NCBI GenBank assembly: GCA_049322475.1
Contig: JBMOQZ010000244.1
Span: 21,600 to 85,599, forward strand
Length of the DNA stretch: 64,000 nt
Direction of reading: 5' to 3'
Source of the DNA: Myxococcota bacterium
GTDB taxonomy: Bacteria > Myxococcota_A > UBA796 > SXON01
The notes beneath the pieces were generated by a model that made no database searches, was not told the origin of the DNA, and saw nothing but the letters and a program-made list of their open reading frames with translations. Both the position numbers and the translations under genes were made by a program. Positions 51,145-60,910 of this stretch are shown in pieces (position 1 is the first letter of the stretch; each line of letters begins with the position of its first letter).

Positions 51145-51177
51145 AGACGTTCCTGTCCCCATCGGGTACAGGAGCGC

Positions 51178-52617
51178 ATGCGCCTCCCCGTCCTCGTCCT
51201 CCTCCTCGCCTGCAATCCGGCCGCTCCGTCGAAGGACGAGCCCGGCGGGACCGACGCGGGTGACACCGGCACGCTCCCCGCCCCGGAGGCCTGCGGCTAC
51301 ACCGCTGCCGAAGACCTCGACCCGGCCGACGACGTCGTGGAGGTCGATCTCCGCGCCTCCTCGTACGCCTGGGACCCCGGCACGGGCGTGCCGCTGGAGG
51401 CGGGCCTCGCCTTCGACGAGCAGGTCCCCGGGCCACTGCTGGAGGCGACCCGCGGCGACACGTTGCGGGTCAACTTCACGAACGACACGGATCTCGAGCT
51501 CACGATCCACTGGCACGGCCTGCGGGTCTCGCCCGAGATGGACGGCGTGATGCAGATGATGGACCCGGTCCAGCCCGGCGAGACCTTCACCTACGAGCTC
51601 GCGCTCCAGGACAGCGGCTACTACTGGTACCACCCGCACATGTCCGGCGACACCGTGTTGGAGCGCGGGCTGTACGGGAACATCATCGTCCGCGAGCCGG
51701 GCGAGGGCCGCGCGGACTGCGAGCTCCCCCTCGTGCTGGACGACGTGCTGCTCGACGAGGACACGTGGCAGATCGAGCCGCCCGACACCGACATGATGCA
51801 GCTCATGGGCCGTCTCGGGAACAAGCTTCTCGCCAACGGGAGGACCGACCGGCGTATCGCGGTGACGAAGGGGCAGACCCTGCTCCTGCGCCTCGTCAAC
51901 AGCGCGAACGCGCGCTTCTGGGACCTCCGCCTCGAGGGACACACGATGAAAGTCGTCGCGACGGACGGCGGCTTCGTCGCCGAGCCCTGGGAGGTCGACC
52001 ACCTCCTGCTGGTCCCGGGCGAGCGCTACGTCGTGGCCGTGGAGGCGACCGGCGAGCCGGGCGAGGAGTACCGGCTCCTCAACGCGCGGTTCCAGCTCCA
52101 CGACGAACATGAGTCCGACATGGTGGAGGTCGACCCGATGGGTGACGGCGAGAACCCCGTGTTGTCGCTCGTGTACGGCGACGGCAGCGTGGAGGGGACG
52201 CCGTGGGTCCAGCCCACGCCGGACGTGCCCGCGTGGGACCGCGCCGCGGACGCCTTCGGCCACCAGTGGGTGCTGCAGGAGGACATGATGGGTGGCACCG
52301 TGACGCTGGACGGGGAGACCTGGCCGGACGTGCCGATGGTCTCCGTCGCGGGCAACACCGACACCACGTTCGAGGTCTTCAACGACTCGGAGATGCACCA
52401 CCCCTTCCACATCCACGGCAACCGGTTCCAGATCGTCGCCATCGACGGCGTCGCGCCGACCACGCCGGTCGGCTGGAAGGACACCTGGGACGTGGCGCCC
52501 CAGAGCACGGTCACCGTGGTGAGCGCGCTGGACAACCCAGGCGAGTGGATGGTGCATTGCCACATCCTCGAGCACGCCGAGGACGGCATGGCCGGGCTCA
52601 TGACGGTGGAGCCGTAG
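51178..52617 (+). CDS. Multicopper oxidase lipoprotein (three-domain)
   Basis: IHWHG, WYHPH, HHPFHIHG, HCHILEHAEDGM; LLAC lipobox. Confidence 0.96.
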   Translation: MRLPVLVLLLACNPAAPSKDEPGGTDAGDTGTLPAPEACGYTAAEDLDPADDVVEVDLRASSYAWDPGTGVPLEAGLAFDEQVPGPLLEATRGDTLRVNFTNDTDLELTIHWHGLRVSPEMDGVMQMMDPVQPGETFTYELALQDSGYYWYHPHMSGDTVLERGLYGNIIVREPGEGRADCELPLVLDDVLLDEDTWQIEPPDTDMMQLMGRLGNKLLANGRTDRRIAVTKGQTLLLRLVNSANARFWDLRLEGHTMKVVATDGGFVAEPWEVDHLLLVPGERYVVAVEATGEPGEEYRLLNARFQLHDEHESDMVEVDPMGDGENPVLSLVYGDGSVEGTPWVQPTPDVPAWDRAADAFGHQWVLQEDMMGGTVTLDGETWPDVPMVSVAGNTDTTFEVFNDSEMHHPFHIHGNRFQIVAIDGVAPTTPVGWKDTWDVAPQSTVTVVSALDNPGEWMVHCHILEHAEDGMAGLMTVEP

Positions 52618-52690
52618 CAGCCCCGCTGTGGCGGCCGCTGCCACAGTTTCCAACGTCGGGCGCGGCCGTACCTTCGCGGTGGAGGCGCTC

Positions 52691-52891
52691 ATGAACGGCT
52701 GGATCACCGTCGGTCGAATTGCCGCGTTCCTCGGCGTGCTCGCCCTGCTCGGAGCGTGGGCCACCCAGATCGCGGGGGGGACGATCCTCGGCATGGACCA
52801 GACCCACCTCTTCTACGATGCCATCGGGCTCTTCCTCCTCGCGATCTTCTGCCTGATGGACGCCTGGTGGCACGGGAGGCGGCCGGCCTGA
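52691..52891 (+). CDS. Small two-TM membrane protein
   Basis: GGAGG RBS; two hydrophobic helices flanking GMDQTHLFYDA. Confidence 0.75.
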   Translation: MNGWITVGRIAAFLGVLALLGAWATQIAGGTILGMDQTHLFYDAIGLFLLAIFCLMDAWWHGRRPA

Positions 52892-52892
52892 T

Positions 52893-53582
52893 CTAGGTCT
52901 CCGAGAAGTACGCGATCGCCCGCTCGCCAACGCCCTGCGCGCTGCGCCACCCGAGGATGGCCAGCACCGGCACGCCGAGCCACGCCGTGGCGCGCACGTA
53001 CCAGGGGGCCCCGGCGCCCGACGTCGCGATCGCGCGGCCCATCATCACGTGGCTCGTCGTCGTCGCCACTGCGCGGGCGAGCCCCACCGCGACGAGCTTC
53101 TCGACGAGCTTGCGCACGGTGATGCGAACGCCCATCGTGAGCGCCATCGACTGCAGGTCGTCGTAGTTGGACAGGCGCACGAGCCAGAAGGACACCATGC
53201 GCAGCTTCGGCGACGGCAGGTTCACGCGGTAGGCCGCCGCGACGGCGTAGCAGAGCTCGACCTCGTTCGCGATCTGCCAGAGGGCACCCCCGAACACCGC
53301 GAGGGCGAAGCTGACCCAGGGGCCCAGCAACGGCAGGGAGAGGGGCGCCGCGGTGCCACCCCCGATCGCCGCGGACGTCAGCGCGTAGTCGTCGACCAGA
53401 TCGCGGGCCAGCGCGTCGGCGAGGGCGCGGCCTCCCAGCCCGGTCTCCTCGGCGAGCTCGGCGCGGCGCGCCTCGACGCGCGCGACGATCCGGCCCTCGT
53501 GCTCCCGGACCCCGTCGATCACCCGGAGCAGCGGGAAGTCGCGCTCGTCGCTCCGCACGGCGGGGTCGGCGACGCTCTCCAT
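52893..53582 (-). CDS. EcsC-like protein
   Basis: SAAIGGGTAAP..LPLLG...AVAAAY...VPVL pattern; GGAGG RBS. Confidence 0.6.
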   Translation of the reverse strand: MESVADPAVRSDERDFPLLRVIDGVREHEGRIVARVEARRAELAEETGLGGRALADALARDLVDDYALTSAAIGGGTAAPLSLPLLGPWVSFALAVFGGALWQIANEVELCYAVAAAYRVNLPSPKLRMVSFWLVRLSNYDDLQSMALTMGVRITVRKLVEKLVAVGLARAVATTTSHVMMGRAIATSGAGAPWYVRATAWLGVPVLAILGWRSAQGVGERAIAYFSET

Positions 53583-54412
53583 GTGTCCTCCAAAGGCACG
53601 AGCCCGGGGTGGGCGTGGGCAACCTCGGCGATGAACGCGTCCCAGCCGCGCTCACCGGGGGCGACCAGCTCCTCGGCCACCCAACAACGAACTCGCGGCG
53701 CGGCGGCGGCGCCGATCAGCCAGTCCTGCTGACCGCCGACGCGCCCACCGCGCAGCTGGGCGACGGCGAAGGCCCCCGCGCGCAGCTTCACGTCGATCCA
53801 CGGATCGTCGGCGAGCGAGTAGACGGCCACGTGCGCGGACCAGCCCGCCTGGAACACGGCGCGCTTGAGCCCCGCGAAGACCAGCGGGCAGAGCGGGGTC
53901 GCGCCCCGCGCGAGCACGGCCCCGCGCGTGTCGTCGCCCCACTCGAGCGACGCGTCGGAGACGAGGTGGGTGGCGCCGTCCCCTCCGACGAAGAGCGCCC
54001 ACCCCTGGCGCGCGTAGGACTCGTGCGGGTCCCGCGTCCGCGCCGCGTCGAGCAGGCGCCGCTTCCCCTGGTTGCGCGCGTAGGCCTCGCCCCAGACCAC
54101 GACGTCCGCCTCCGCGAGGCCCGCGTCGGCGAGCACGGCGCGGTAGCTCGGCGGCACCGCCCACGCGCCACCGGGATGTCGCGACGTCAGCGCGAGGTCC
54201 CCGACCATGAGCCCGATGCCGGCGCGCTCCCCCCGCGCGCGCGCCGCGAGGGCCGCGTCGACCGCTGTCGCGAAACAGCAGCGTGTCGTGTCCGTGGTGA
54301 GGGCGCACGCGGCACCGCCGTCCGGCAGCGACACCGGTTCCCCGACGCCCGCACGCGCAGCGAGCGTGAAGTGCCCGCCTTCGAACAACGTCCCGGAAGG
54401 GGTCCCGGCCAT
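53519..54412 (-). CDS. Hypothetical protein, possibly a nucleotidyltransferase-like alpha/beta fold
   Basis: FEGGHF, GLMVGD, WGEAYARNQG; divergent from csoR; fold guess is weak. Confidence 0.55.
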   Translation of the reverse strand: MAGTPSGTLFEGGHFTLAARAGVGEPVSLPDGGAACALTTDTTRCCFATAVDAALAARARGERAGIGLMVGDLALTSRHPGGAWAVPPSYRAVLADAGLAEADVVVWGEAYARNQGKRRLLDAARTRDPHESYARQGWALFVGGDGATHLVSDASLEWGDDTRGAVLARGATPLCPLVFAGLKRAVFQAGWSAHVAVYSLADDPWIDVKLRAGAFAVAQLRGGRVGGQQDWLIGAAAAPRVRCWVAEELVAPGERGWDAFIAEVAHAHPGLVPLEDTWRASPTPPCGATSATSRCSG

Positions 54413-54444
54413 CGGTTGCTACCCTACCCCGGGGCGGGTATATT
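54411..54444 (+). promoter_or_regulatory. Sigma70 promoter with CsoR-type operator
   Basis: TTGCTA-N17-TATATT with TACCCC-GGGG-CGGGTA overlapping the spacer and -10. Confidence 0.8.
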
Positions 54445-54472
54445 CGTCCACGTCAGGCAGGAGCCCCGCCGC

Positions 54473-54769
54473 ATGCCCAAGCGCCCCATCCCCCGCCACG
54501 ACGCCGAGCTGGAATCGCTCTCGCGCATCGAGGGGCAGATCCGCGGCATCAAGGGCATGGTGACGGAGGGCCGCTACTGCGTGGACATCCTCACGCAGAC
54601 CCGCGCCGTTCACGCGGCGCTCCGCCGCGTCGAGCGCAACATCCTGCAGGCCTACCTCGAGACCTGCGTGCAGGACACCTTCTGTGGCGGGAGCGCGGAA
54701 GAGCGCGAGGAGAAGGTACGCGAGGTCCTGACGCTGTTCGACTGGGAGACCACGAAGGGCACGCGATAG
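54473..54769 (+). CDS. csoR: CsoR copper-sensing repressor
   Basis: LSRIEGQIRGIKGMV..GRYCVDILTQ...YLETCV (the usual His ligand is Tyr here). Confidence 0.9.
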   Translation: MPKRPIPRHDAELESLSRIEGQIRGIKGMVTEGRYCVDILTQTRAVHAALRRVERNILQAYLETCVQDTFCGGSAEEREEKVREVLTLFDWETTKGTR

Positions 54770-54796
54770 CGGGCCGCGACCACCGGAGCCGTCCGT

Positions 54797-55075
54797 ATGA
54801 ACCTCAGCCGCTTCCTCGTCCCCTTCGCGCTCGGCGTGGCCGCCGGGGTGCTCATCCACAAGAACTGGCCGAAGATCAAGGAGGTCGGCGCGCCGCTGCT
54901 CAAGGGGGCCGTGCGCCAGGGCAGCAACATCGCGCAGAAGACGCGCGACATGTACTGGGAGAAGAGCGAGAAGTTCTCCGACCTCATCGCCGAGATCCGC
55001 GAGGAGGAGGAGGCGAGGGCGAAGGCCGGCCCCCCCACGCCGCCGGCGCCGCCCCCCGAACCCAAGCCGGCGTAG
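54797..55075 (+). CDS. Small GxxxG membrane protein, DUF5132/FezA-like
   Basis: FALGVAAGVL...PLLKGAVRQG...EKFSDLIAEIREE. Confidence 0.7.
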   Translation: MNLSRFLVPFALGVAAGVLIHKNWPKIKEVGAPLLKGAVRQGSNIAQKTRDMYWEKSEKFSDLIAEIREEEEARAKAGPPTPPAPPPEPKPA

Positions 55076-55083
55076 GAGGTCCC

Positions 55084-55368
55084 ATGCGGTACGCCCTCGG
55101 AAGCCTGCTCCTCGGCACCGCCGCCGTGCTCGGCGGCGCCTGGCTCTACGCGAAGTACGGCCCCCGCAAGCACCGCGCAGCGATCGGCCTGTCCGCGGGC
55201 ATGCTGGTCGGGCAGCAGGTCGGCGCCGCGACTGGCTTCGCGATCGCGGGGCCCGCCGGCCTCGTGCCCGCCGCCCTCGCGGGCGGGATCGCGGGCGCGG
55301 TGATCGGCGAGAGCCTCGCCGAACCCTCGGCCGAGCCCGTCACGCCCCTCTCCCCGGCGCCCGCATGA
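55084..55368 (+). CDS. Glycine-zipper membrane protein
   Basis: GLSAGMLVGQQVGAATG...AGGIAGAVIG; AGGAGG RBS. Confidence 0.75.
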   Translation: MRYALGSLLLGTAAVLGGAWLYAKYGPRKHRAAIGLSAGMLVGQQVGAATGFAIAGPAGLVPAALAGGIAGAVIGESLAEPSAEPVTPLSPAPA

Positions 55369-55586
55369 CGACCCTCCTCGTCCTCATCCTCGCCTGCGGC
55401 GGGGGCGGCAACCCGGCGCGCGAGGCCATCGACAAGGCGGCCGCCGACCCGATGGATCCCAACGGCCCCTCCGGCGCGAACGTGCCCGCCGGGAAGTACT
55501 TCTGCCCGATGCACCCCGAGATCGTGCAGGACACGCCGGGGAAGTGCCCGACGTGCAACATGGACCTCGTCCAGAAGGGGAGCTGA
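55365..55586 (+). CDS. Heavy-metal-binding-domain (HMBD) lipoprotein
   Basis: ILAC; YFCPMHPEI....PGKCPTCNMDL. Confidence 0.9.
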   Translation: MTTLLVLILACGGGGNPAREAIDKAAADPMDPNGPSGANVPAGKYFCPMHPEIVQDTPGKCPTCNMDLVQKGS

Positions 55587-55871
55587 GTGCCCCGGGTGAC
55601 GTTCCAGCCCTCGGGGACGACCCTCGACGTCGACGAGGGCACGTCGATCCTGCAGGCCGCCATCGCGGCGCACGAGACGGACGTGTCGTGCTGCGGCATG
55701 GCCCCGCCGTGCGGGCTCTGCAAGGTGGCGGTGCTCGATGGCGAAGGCGGGCTCACGCCGCCGGACGCCGTAGAGGTGAAGGAGCGGGCGCGCCGCAGAT
55801 TCCTGCCGTTCGAGCGGCTCGGGTGCTTCGCCCAGGTGACCGGCGACGTCGAGGTGGAGGTCGAGCGATGA
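55587..55871 (+). CDS. 2Fe-2S ferredoxin
   Basis: CCGMAPPCGLCKV...RLGC. Confidence 0.85.
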   Translation: MPRVTFQPSGTTLDVDEGTSILQAAIAAHETDVSCCGMAPPCGLCKVAVLDGEGGLTPPDAVEVKERARRRFLPFERLGCFAQVTGDVEVEVER

Positions 55872-56107
55872 ACTGGAAGTGGGCCGTGGGCATCACCGCC
55901 GGGCTGTTCGGCGCCGGCGTGGCGGTCGGGTACGTCGCCCACAAGCGCGGCATCCCGCAGGACGAGATCGGACGCTGGCTCGTCAAGGGCGCGACACGCC
56001 GTGCCCTGCGGCTCTACGACAGCGTCCGCGACGTGCTCCCCGACGAGGCGCCCGTGCCGCTCGCCCGCGCCATCGAGGAAGCGCCGCCGCGCCCGGAGGG
56101 CCTGTGA
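55868..56107 (+). CDS. Small GxxxG membrane protein
   Basis: ATGA overlap; AVGITAGLFGAGVAVG. Confidence 0.7.
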   Translation: MNWKWAVGITAGLFGAGVAVGYVAHKRGIPQDEIGRWLVKGATRRALRLYDSVRDVLPDEAPVPLARAIEEAPPRPEGL

Positions 56108-56607
56108 CCGCCATGACCGAGGCGGGGACGTGGCCCCGCGAGATCCTCGTGCTGAAGCGCGCGTCCGGGTACCTGCGGCTGCACCTGCCGCCGCTGCTCT
56201 ACGCGCCCGCGCTCGCGACGAAGCTGGAGAAGGCGCTCCTCGCGCTCCGCGGTATCCGGCGCGTGGTGATCGACCGCGCGCGGGCCCGCCTCGCCGTGTT
56301 CTACGACCCCTGGCTCACCGATGACCGCCCGGCGCTCCTCGAGATCGACCGGCAGGCTACGCCGCAGCTCGCGCGGATGGAGCCGGAGGCCTTCACAGCG
56401 GCGCTGGTCGAGCAGCGCGAGGCGCGCCGCGATCGCATCGTCGGCAAGATCGTGCAGGCCGTTTACCTCGGTGCGCTCGTGTGGGCGCACTGGTGGGCGC
56501 TGAACCACTGGCTGATGGACCCGTTCCGGTACTGGTGGGCGTGGCTCCTCATCGGCTTCGGCATCTGGACCCACCGACGACAGATCCGGGCCATCCCCCA
56601 GGTGTGA
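56104..56607 (+). CDS. HMA2-like domain protein with two C-terminal TM helices (FezC-like architecture)
   Basis: GYLRLHLP...LRGIRRV.....RLAVFYDP; Trp-rich TM pair. Confidence 0.65.
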   Translation: MTAMTEAGTWPREILVLKRASGYLRLHLPPLLYAPALATKLEKALLALRGIRRVVIDRARARLAVFYDPWLTDDRPALLEIDRQATPQLARMEPEAFTAALVEQREARRDRIVGKIVQAVYLGALVWAHWWALNHWLMDPFRYWWAWLLIGFGIWTHRRQIRAIPQV

Positions 56608-56615
56608 GGTCCACC

Positions 56616-59354
56616 ATGTTCACCGTCGAGCACGCCCTCTCCACCCGCCTCCGCGTACACGTCCCGCGGCTCAAGGGCTCCGCGGATGCCTGCCGTGCGC
56701 TCGTCGAGGCCCTCGTCGACGAGCCCGGTGTGCTCGCGGCCGCCGCGCAGGAGGCCACGGGCTCGCTGGTCGTGCGCTTCGACCCGCTGGTGCGCCCGCT
56801 GACCACGCTGCTCGACCGGCTCGCGCGCATCGTGAGCGGTCTCTCCGGCCTCGTCGCGCGGGCCCGGCGGCTCGTCGACTGGCTGGAGACCACGCCCGCG
56901 CTCGACGAGCGCATCCCCGGCAAGGCGACGTTCCCGGTCGAGGGGATGACGTGCGCGTCGTGCGCGCAGCGCATCGAGAAGGTGCTCGCGCGCACCCCGG
57001 GGGTGCGCTCCGCGACGGTCAACCTCGCGACGGCGAAGGCGACCGTCGAGGGCGAAGCCACCTGGGGCGCGCTCTTCTCCGCCGTGGAGAAGGCCGGGTA
57101 CAAGGCACATGATCCACGTCCCTCCGCCAGCCACCACCGCACGTTCCGCGTCGAGGGCATGACGTGCGCCTCCTGTGCCGGGCGCATCGAGAAGGCGCTC
57201 GCCAGGGTTCCCGGCGTCGAGCAGGCGACGGTCAACCTCGCGTCCCACAAGGCTGTCGTGCACGGGAAGGCGCTCGACGCCGCGCTGATCATGGCGGTCG
57301 AGGCCGCTGGGTACGAGCTCGTACCCATCGCGACGGTCGAACGTCCCGACGAGGTCCGCGCCCGCGAGCAGGCGCACCTCGAGTCCCTGCGACGAAGGCT
57401 GATCGGCGCGGCCGTCCTCACCGTGCCGGTCCTCGGCATCGCGATGTTCGACCTCATGTTCCCCGGCGCGGGGATCGTGCAGCTCGTCCTCACGACTCCG
57501 GTGGTGTTCTGGGCCGGCCGCGAGTTCTTCGTCGTCGCGTGGAAGCTCGCGCGCGGGCGGACGGCGAACATGGACACGCTCATCGCCATCGGCACCGGCG
57601 CCGCGTACGCCTACAGCGTCTACTCGCTGGTGACCGGCGGGATGATGTACTACTTCGAGGTCGCCGGGACGATCGTCTCGCTCATCCTCCTCGGGAAGTA
57701 CCTCGAGGACCGCGCGAAGACACAGGCGAACGACGCCATCCGCAAGCTCGGCGGCCTCCAGCCGCGGACCGCCCACGTGCTGCGCGGCGACGAGGAGCTC
57801 GAGATCCCGATCGAGGAGGTCCTCGTCGGCGATCGGCTCGTCGTCCGGCCCGGCGAGCGCGTGCCCGTCGACGGCCGCGTGGTCGAGGGGCACTCCGCGG
57901 TCGACGAGTCGATGATCACCGGCGAGAGCCTCGCCGTCTCGCGCGGCCCCGGCGATCCGGTCATCGGGGCGACCGTCAACCGCAACGGCCGCCTCGTGAT
58001 GGAGGCCACGCGGGTCGGCGAGGACACCGCGCTGGCGCACATCATCCGCATGGTCGAGGAGGCGCAGGGCAGCAAGGCGCCGATCCAGCGCATGGCGGAC
58101 GAGGTCAGCGCCCGTTTCGTGCCCGGCGTGCTCGCCGTGGCGGGCGTCACCGTGGTGGGCTGGGCGCTCGCCGGCGCCGGCGTGGCCGGGACGCTGCTGC
58201 CGACGGTGGCCGTGCTCGTCATCGCGTGCCCGTGCGCGCTGGGCCTGGCGACGCCGACCGCCATCATGGTCGGCACCGGCAAGGCGGCCGAGAACGGCAT
58301 ACTCGTGCGCAACGCCGAGGCGTTGGAGCGCGCGCAGAAGATCGACGTGCTCGTGTTCGACAAGACCGGCACGCTCACGAAGGGCGAGCCGGCCGTCACC
58401 GACGTCGAGGTGCTCGTCCCCAGCCGTGCCGGGGAAGAGGTGCTCGCGCTGGTCGCCGCGGCAGAGCGCTACTCCGAGCACCCGCTCGGCGAGGCGATCG
58501 TCGCGCACGCGCGCGGCCTGGGCCTGCACGTGCCCGAGGCGCACGACTTCGAGTCCGTCACGGGCCAGGGCGTGGTCGCGAAGATCCACCACACCCACGA
58601 GGTCCACCACCAGCTCGTCGTGGGCAACCGGAAGCTGATGGAGGCGCAGGGCATCGACGTCGCCGCCTTCGAGCTCGCCGCCCGCGTCGTCGAGGGCTCC
58701 GGCCGTACCGCCATCCTCGCCGCCGCGGACGGGGCTCCGCTCGCGGTCATCGGCGTCGCCGACACGCTCAAGGAGACCTCCGCCGACGCGGTCCGGCGCC
58801 TGCACCAGATGGGCGTGAAGCTGATCATGGCGACGGGCGACAACCCGCGCACCGGCGAGGCGATCGCGCGGGCCGTCGGAATCGACCACGTGCTCGCCGA
58901 GGCGTCGCCGGCCGAGAAGGTCGCGCTGATCAAGAAGCTCCAGGCCCAAGGCGCCGTGGTCGGCATGGTCGGCGACGGCATCAACGACGCGCCCGCCCTC
59001 GCCGCGGCGGACGTCTCGTTCGCGATCGGCACCGGCACGGACATCGCGATGGAGGCCGCCTCGCTGACCCTCATCAAGGGCGACATCGCAAAGGTGGCGA
59101 CCGCCATCGAGCTGTCGACGGCGACCATCCGCATCATCAAGCAGAACCTCTTCTGGGCGTTCGCCTACAACACCGTCGGCATCCCGGTCGCCGCGCTGGG
59201 GCTCCTCTCGCCGATGATCGCGTCGGGGGCGATGGCGCTCTCCTCGGTGTCGGTCGTCACGAACGCGCTGCGCCTGCGCGGGTTCGAACCGGGCGCCGAG
59301 ACCGGGACCGAGCCCGTCGCGCCGACCCCCACCCCGGTGCCGGTGGCGGGCTGA
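56616..59354 (+). CDS. copA: Cu(I)-exporting P1B-1 ATPase with N-terminal HMA2-like domain plus two CxxC HMA domains
   Basis: [12 protein letters not shown]...[10 protein letters not shown]; 2x GMTCASC; [31 protein letters not shown]. Confidence 0.95.
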   Translation: MFTVEHALSTRLRVHVPRLKGSADACRALVEALVDEPGVLAAAAQEATGSLVVRFDPLVRPLTTLLDRLARIVSGLSGLVARARRLVDWLETTPALDERIPGKATFPVEGMTCASCAQRIEKVLARTPGVRSATVNLATAKATVEGEATWGALFSAVEKAGYKAHDPRPSASHHRTFRVEGMTCASCAGRIEKALARVPGVEQATVNLASHKAVVHGKALDAALIMAVEAAGYELVPIATVERPDEVRAREQAHLESLRRRLIGAAVLTVPVLGIAMFDLMFPGAGIVQLVLTTPVVFWAGREFFVVAWKLARGRTANMDTLIAIGTGAAYAYSVYSLVTGGMMYYFEVAGTIVSLILLGKYLEDRAKTQANDAIRKLGGLQPRTAHVLRGDEELEIPIEEVLVGDRLVVRPGERVPVDGRVVEGHSAVDESMITGESLAVSRGPGDPVIGATVNRNGRLVMEATRVGEDTALAHIIRMVEEAQGSKAPIQRMADEVSARFVPGVLAVAGVTVVGWALAGAGVAGTLLPTVAVLVIACPCALGLATPTAIMVGTGKAAENGILVRNAEALERAQKIDVLVFDKTGTLTKGEPAVTDVEVLVPSRAGEEVLALVAAAERYSEHPLGEAIVAHARGLGLHVPEAHDFESVTGQGVVAKIHHTHEVHHQLVVGNRKLMEAQGIDVAAFELAARVVEGSGRTAILAAADGAPLAVIGVADTLKETSADAVRRLHQMGVKLIMATGDNPRTGEAIARAVGIDHVLAEASPAEKVALIKKLQAQGAVVGMVGDGINDAPALAAADVSFAIGTGTDIAMEAASLTLIKGDIAKVATAIELSTATIRIIKQNLFWAFAYNTVGIPVAALGLLSPMIASGAMALSSVSVVTNALRLRGFEPGAETGTEPVAPTPTPVPVAG

Positions 59355-60508
59355 TGCTGCAGCACCGGACACGCCGTGTGGCGCGCGACACCTTCTTCGT
59401 CGCGTCCGCGCTCTCGCTCGCGGGCGCGGGGGTCGCGGGCTTCGCCTTCGAGCACGTGCCGATGGACATGGTGCTCCTGCAGCTCGTGTTCTACGGCGCC
59501 TGGAGCTGCCTGCTGGGCGCGCGCGTCGGCGGGTACATCGGCGCAGCGATGGAAGAGGAGGCTTGCGGCGAGCTCGACATGGGCGTCACCTCGTCGATGG
59601 GCTCCATCCTCGGCACGCTCTCCGCGGGCCTCGTCGGCACGGCCGTGCCGGGGCTCGCACTACAGATGGACTGGCGCCTGATCTTCGGCCTCTGCGTCGG
59701 CGTCGCGCTCGTCCACGCCGTCCTCGGCAAGGTGCTGCCGCTGTCCCTCGTGCGCGCGCCACACCTCGACGCGCGCGGGGCCCTCGTCGGCGAGCCGCCC
59801 GAGCGCCAGCCGCTGCGCATGCGCGATCGCCTCGGCGTGCTCCTCACCGTCGCGTTCGGGCTCCTGCTCGCGCTCACGCTGATCATGGCGCTGATGATGG
59901 GCCGCGACCTCGGCCACCCCGTGATGATGGCGCCGATGATGTACGGCATGTTCGGCACCATGCTTGGCGGGCTCCTCGGCGGCTGGATCGCCGGGCTGCT
60001 CGACGAGCACCGGGGCCACCCCGACCACGACAACCCGGTGATGGTCGCCGCGATGGCGCTCATGGCCGGGATGATGGGCGGCATGCCCTCGGGGATGATC
60101 GGGGCGATGATGGCCGTCATGGGCCGCACGGCGGTCGGGGTGACCGTGGCCACGGGGGTCATCCTCCCGGTGGTGTGCTGGGCCGTCGTGGTGCGCGGGC
60201 GCTACCGCCTCGTGCGCGCGCGGGTCGGCGAGGCGCCGCGCCCGCCGATGCCCGCGTCGGTGCCGATCGCGCGGGAGGTCCTGCCGGTGGAGAGCGTCGG
60301 CGAGGCGATCCTGCGCGTTCGTGGCATGACCTGCGACGCGTGTGTCGGGAAGGTCCGCCGGAAGGTCGGCGAGCTCGCCGGCGTGCAGGAGGTCGACGTG
60401 GACCTCGCCAACGGGCGCGTGCAGGTGCGCTGGGGCGAGGGGTTCGGCGGGCTCGAGGTCGTGCGCGAGCGCATCGTGCGGCTCGGGTACGAAGTCGTGG
60501 AGGCGTGA
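59354..60508 (+). CDS. Met/Gly-rich polytopic membrane protein with C-terminal HMA domain
   Basis: MMAPMMYGMFGTMLGG, MALMAGMMGGMPSGMIGAMM; GMTCDAC. Confidence 0.85.
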   Translation: MLQHRTRRVARDTFFVASALSLAGAGVAGFAFEHVPMDMVLLQLVFYGAWSCLLGARVGGYIGAAMEEEACGELDMGVTSSMGSILGTLSAGLVGTAVPGLALQMDWRLIFGLCVGVALVHAVLGKVLPLSLVRAPHLDARGALVGEPPERQPLRMRDRLGVLLTVAFGLLLALTLIMALMMGRDLGHPVMMAPMMYGMFGTMLGGLLGGWIAGLLDEHRGHPDHDNPVMVAAMALMAGMMGGMPSGMIGAMMAVMGRTAVGVTVATGVILPVVCWAVVVRGRYRLVRARVGEAPRPPMPASVPIAREVLPVESVGEAILRVRGMTCDACVGKVRRKVGELAGVQEVDVDLANGRVQVRWGEGFGGLEVVRERIVRLGYEVVEA

Positions 60509-60723
60509 TGGCCGAGCACACGATCGTCGTGAAGGGGATGACCTGCGAGGCGTGCGTGCGGAGCGTCCGGAAGGCGGTCGGCGTCGTCCCCGGCGTGAAG
60601 GAGGTCGTCGTGGACCTCGGGTCGGGCCGGGTGGAGGTGCGGGTGGACGAGGCGTTCCCCGGCCTCGGCGCGCTCCGCGGGGCCGTGGAGGACGCCGGCT
60701 ACGACGTCGCGGAGGTCCGGTGA
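60508..60723 (+). CDS. copZ: CopZ-like copper chaperone
   Basis: GMTCEACV...AVEDAGY. Confidence 0.92.
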   Translation: MAEHTIVVKGMTCEACVRSVRKAVGVVPGVKEVVVDLGSGRVEVRVDEAFPGLGALRGAVEDAGYDVAEVR

Positions 60724-60908
60724 CGGGCCGCGTCGCCGTCAAGGTGTTCGGCGGCCTCGCGACGCTCGTGGCCGCGCTCGGCGCCTGGTCGCTCGGGAAG
60801 CGTGCGGGACGGTCGGTGGCGCGGGCGACCACGCCGCCCCCCGCGCCGCCGCGGGACCCCGAGACCGGCGAGTTGATCGCCGACGCCGAGGAAGTCCCCG
60901 CCCGGTAG
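60720..60908 (+). CDS. Small single-TM protein
   Basis: GTGA overlap; FGGLATLVAALGAWSLG. Confidence 0.6.
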   Translation: MTGRVAVKVFGGLATLVAALGAWSLGKRAGRSVARATTPPPAPPRDPETGELIADAEEVPAR

Positions 60909-60910
60909 CC

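Noticed and set aside
51127-51145. CRP/FNR site TGTGA...TCACA
   Set aside because: The spacer is 9 bp rather than 6; it fits the GTGAC-N7-GTCAC family better
56616-59354. Calling the ATPase a true FezB (P1B-6) iron pump
   Set aside because: The CPC/YN/MxxSS and CxxC domains indicate a Cu(I) P1B-1 pump; only the accessory architecture is fez-like
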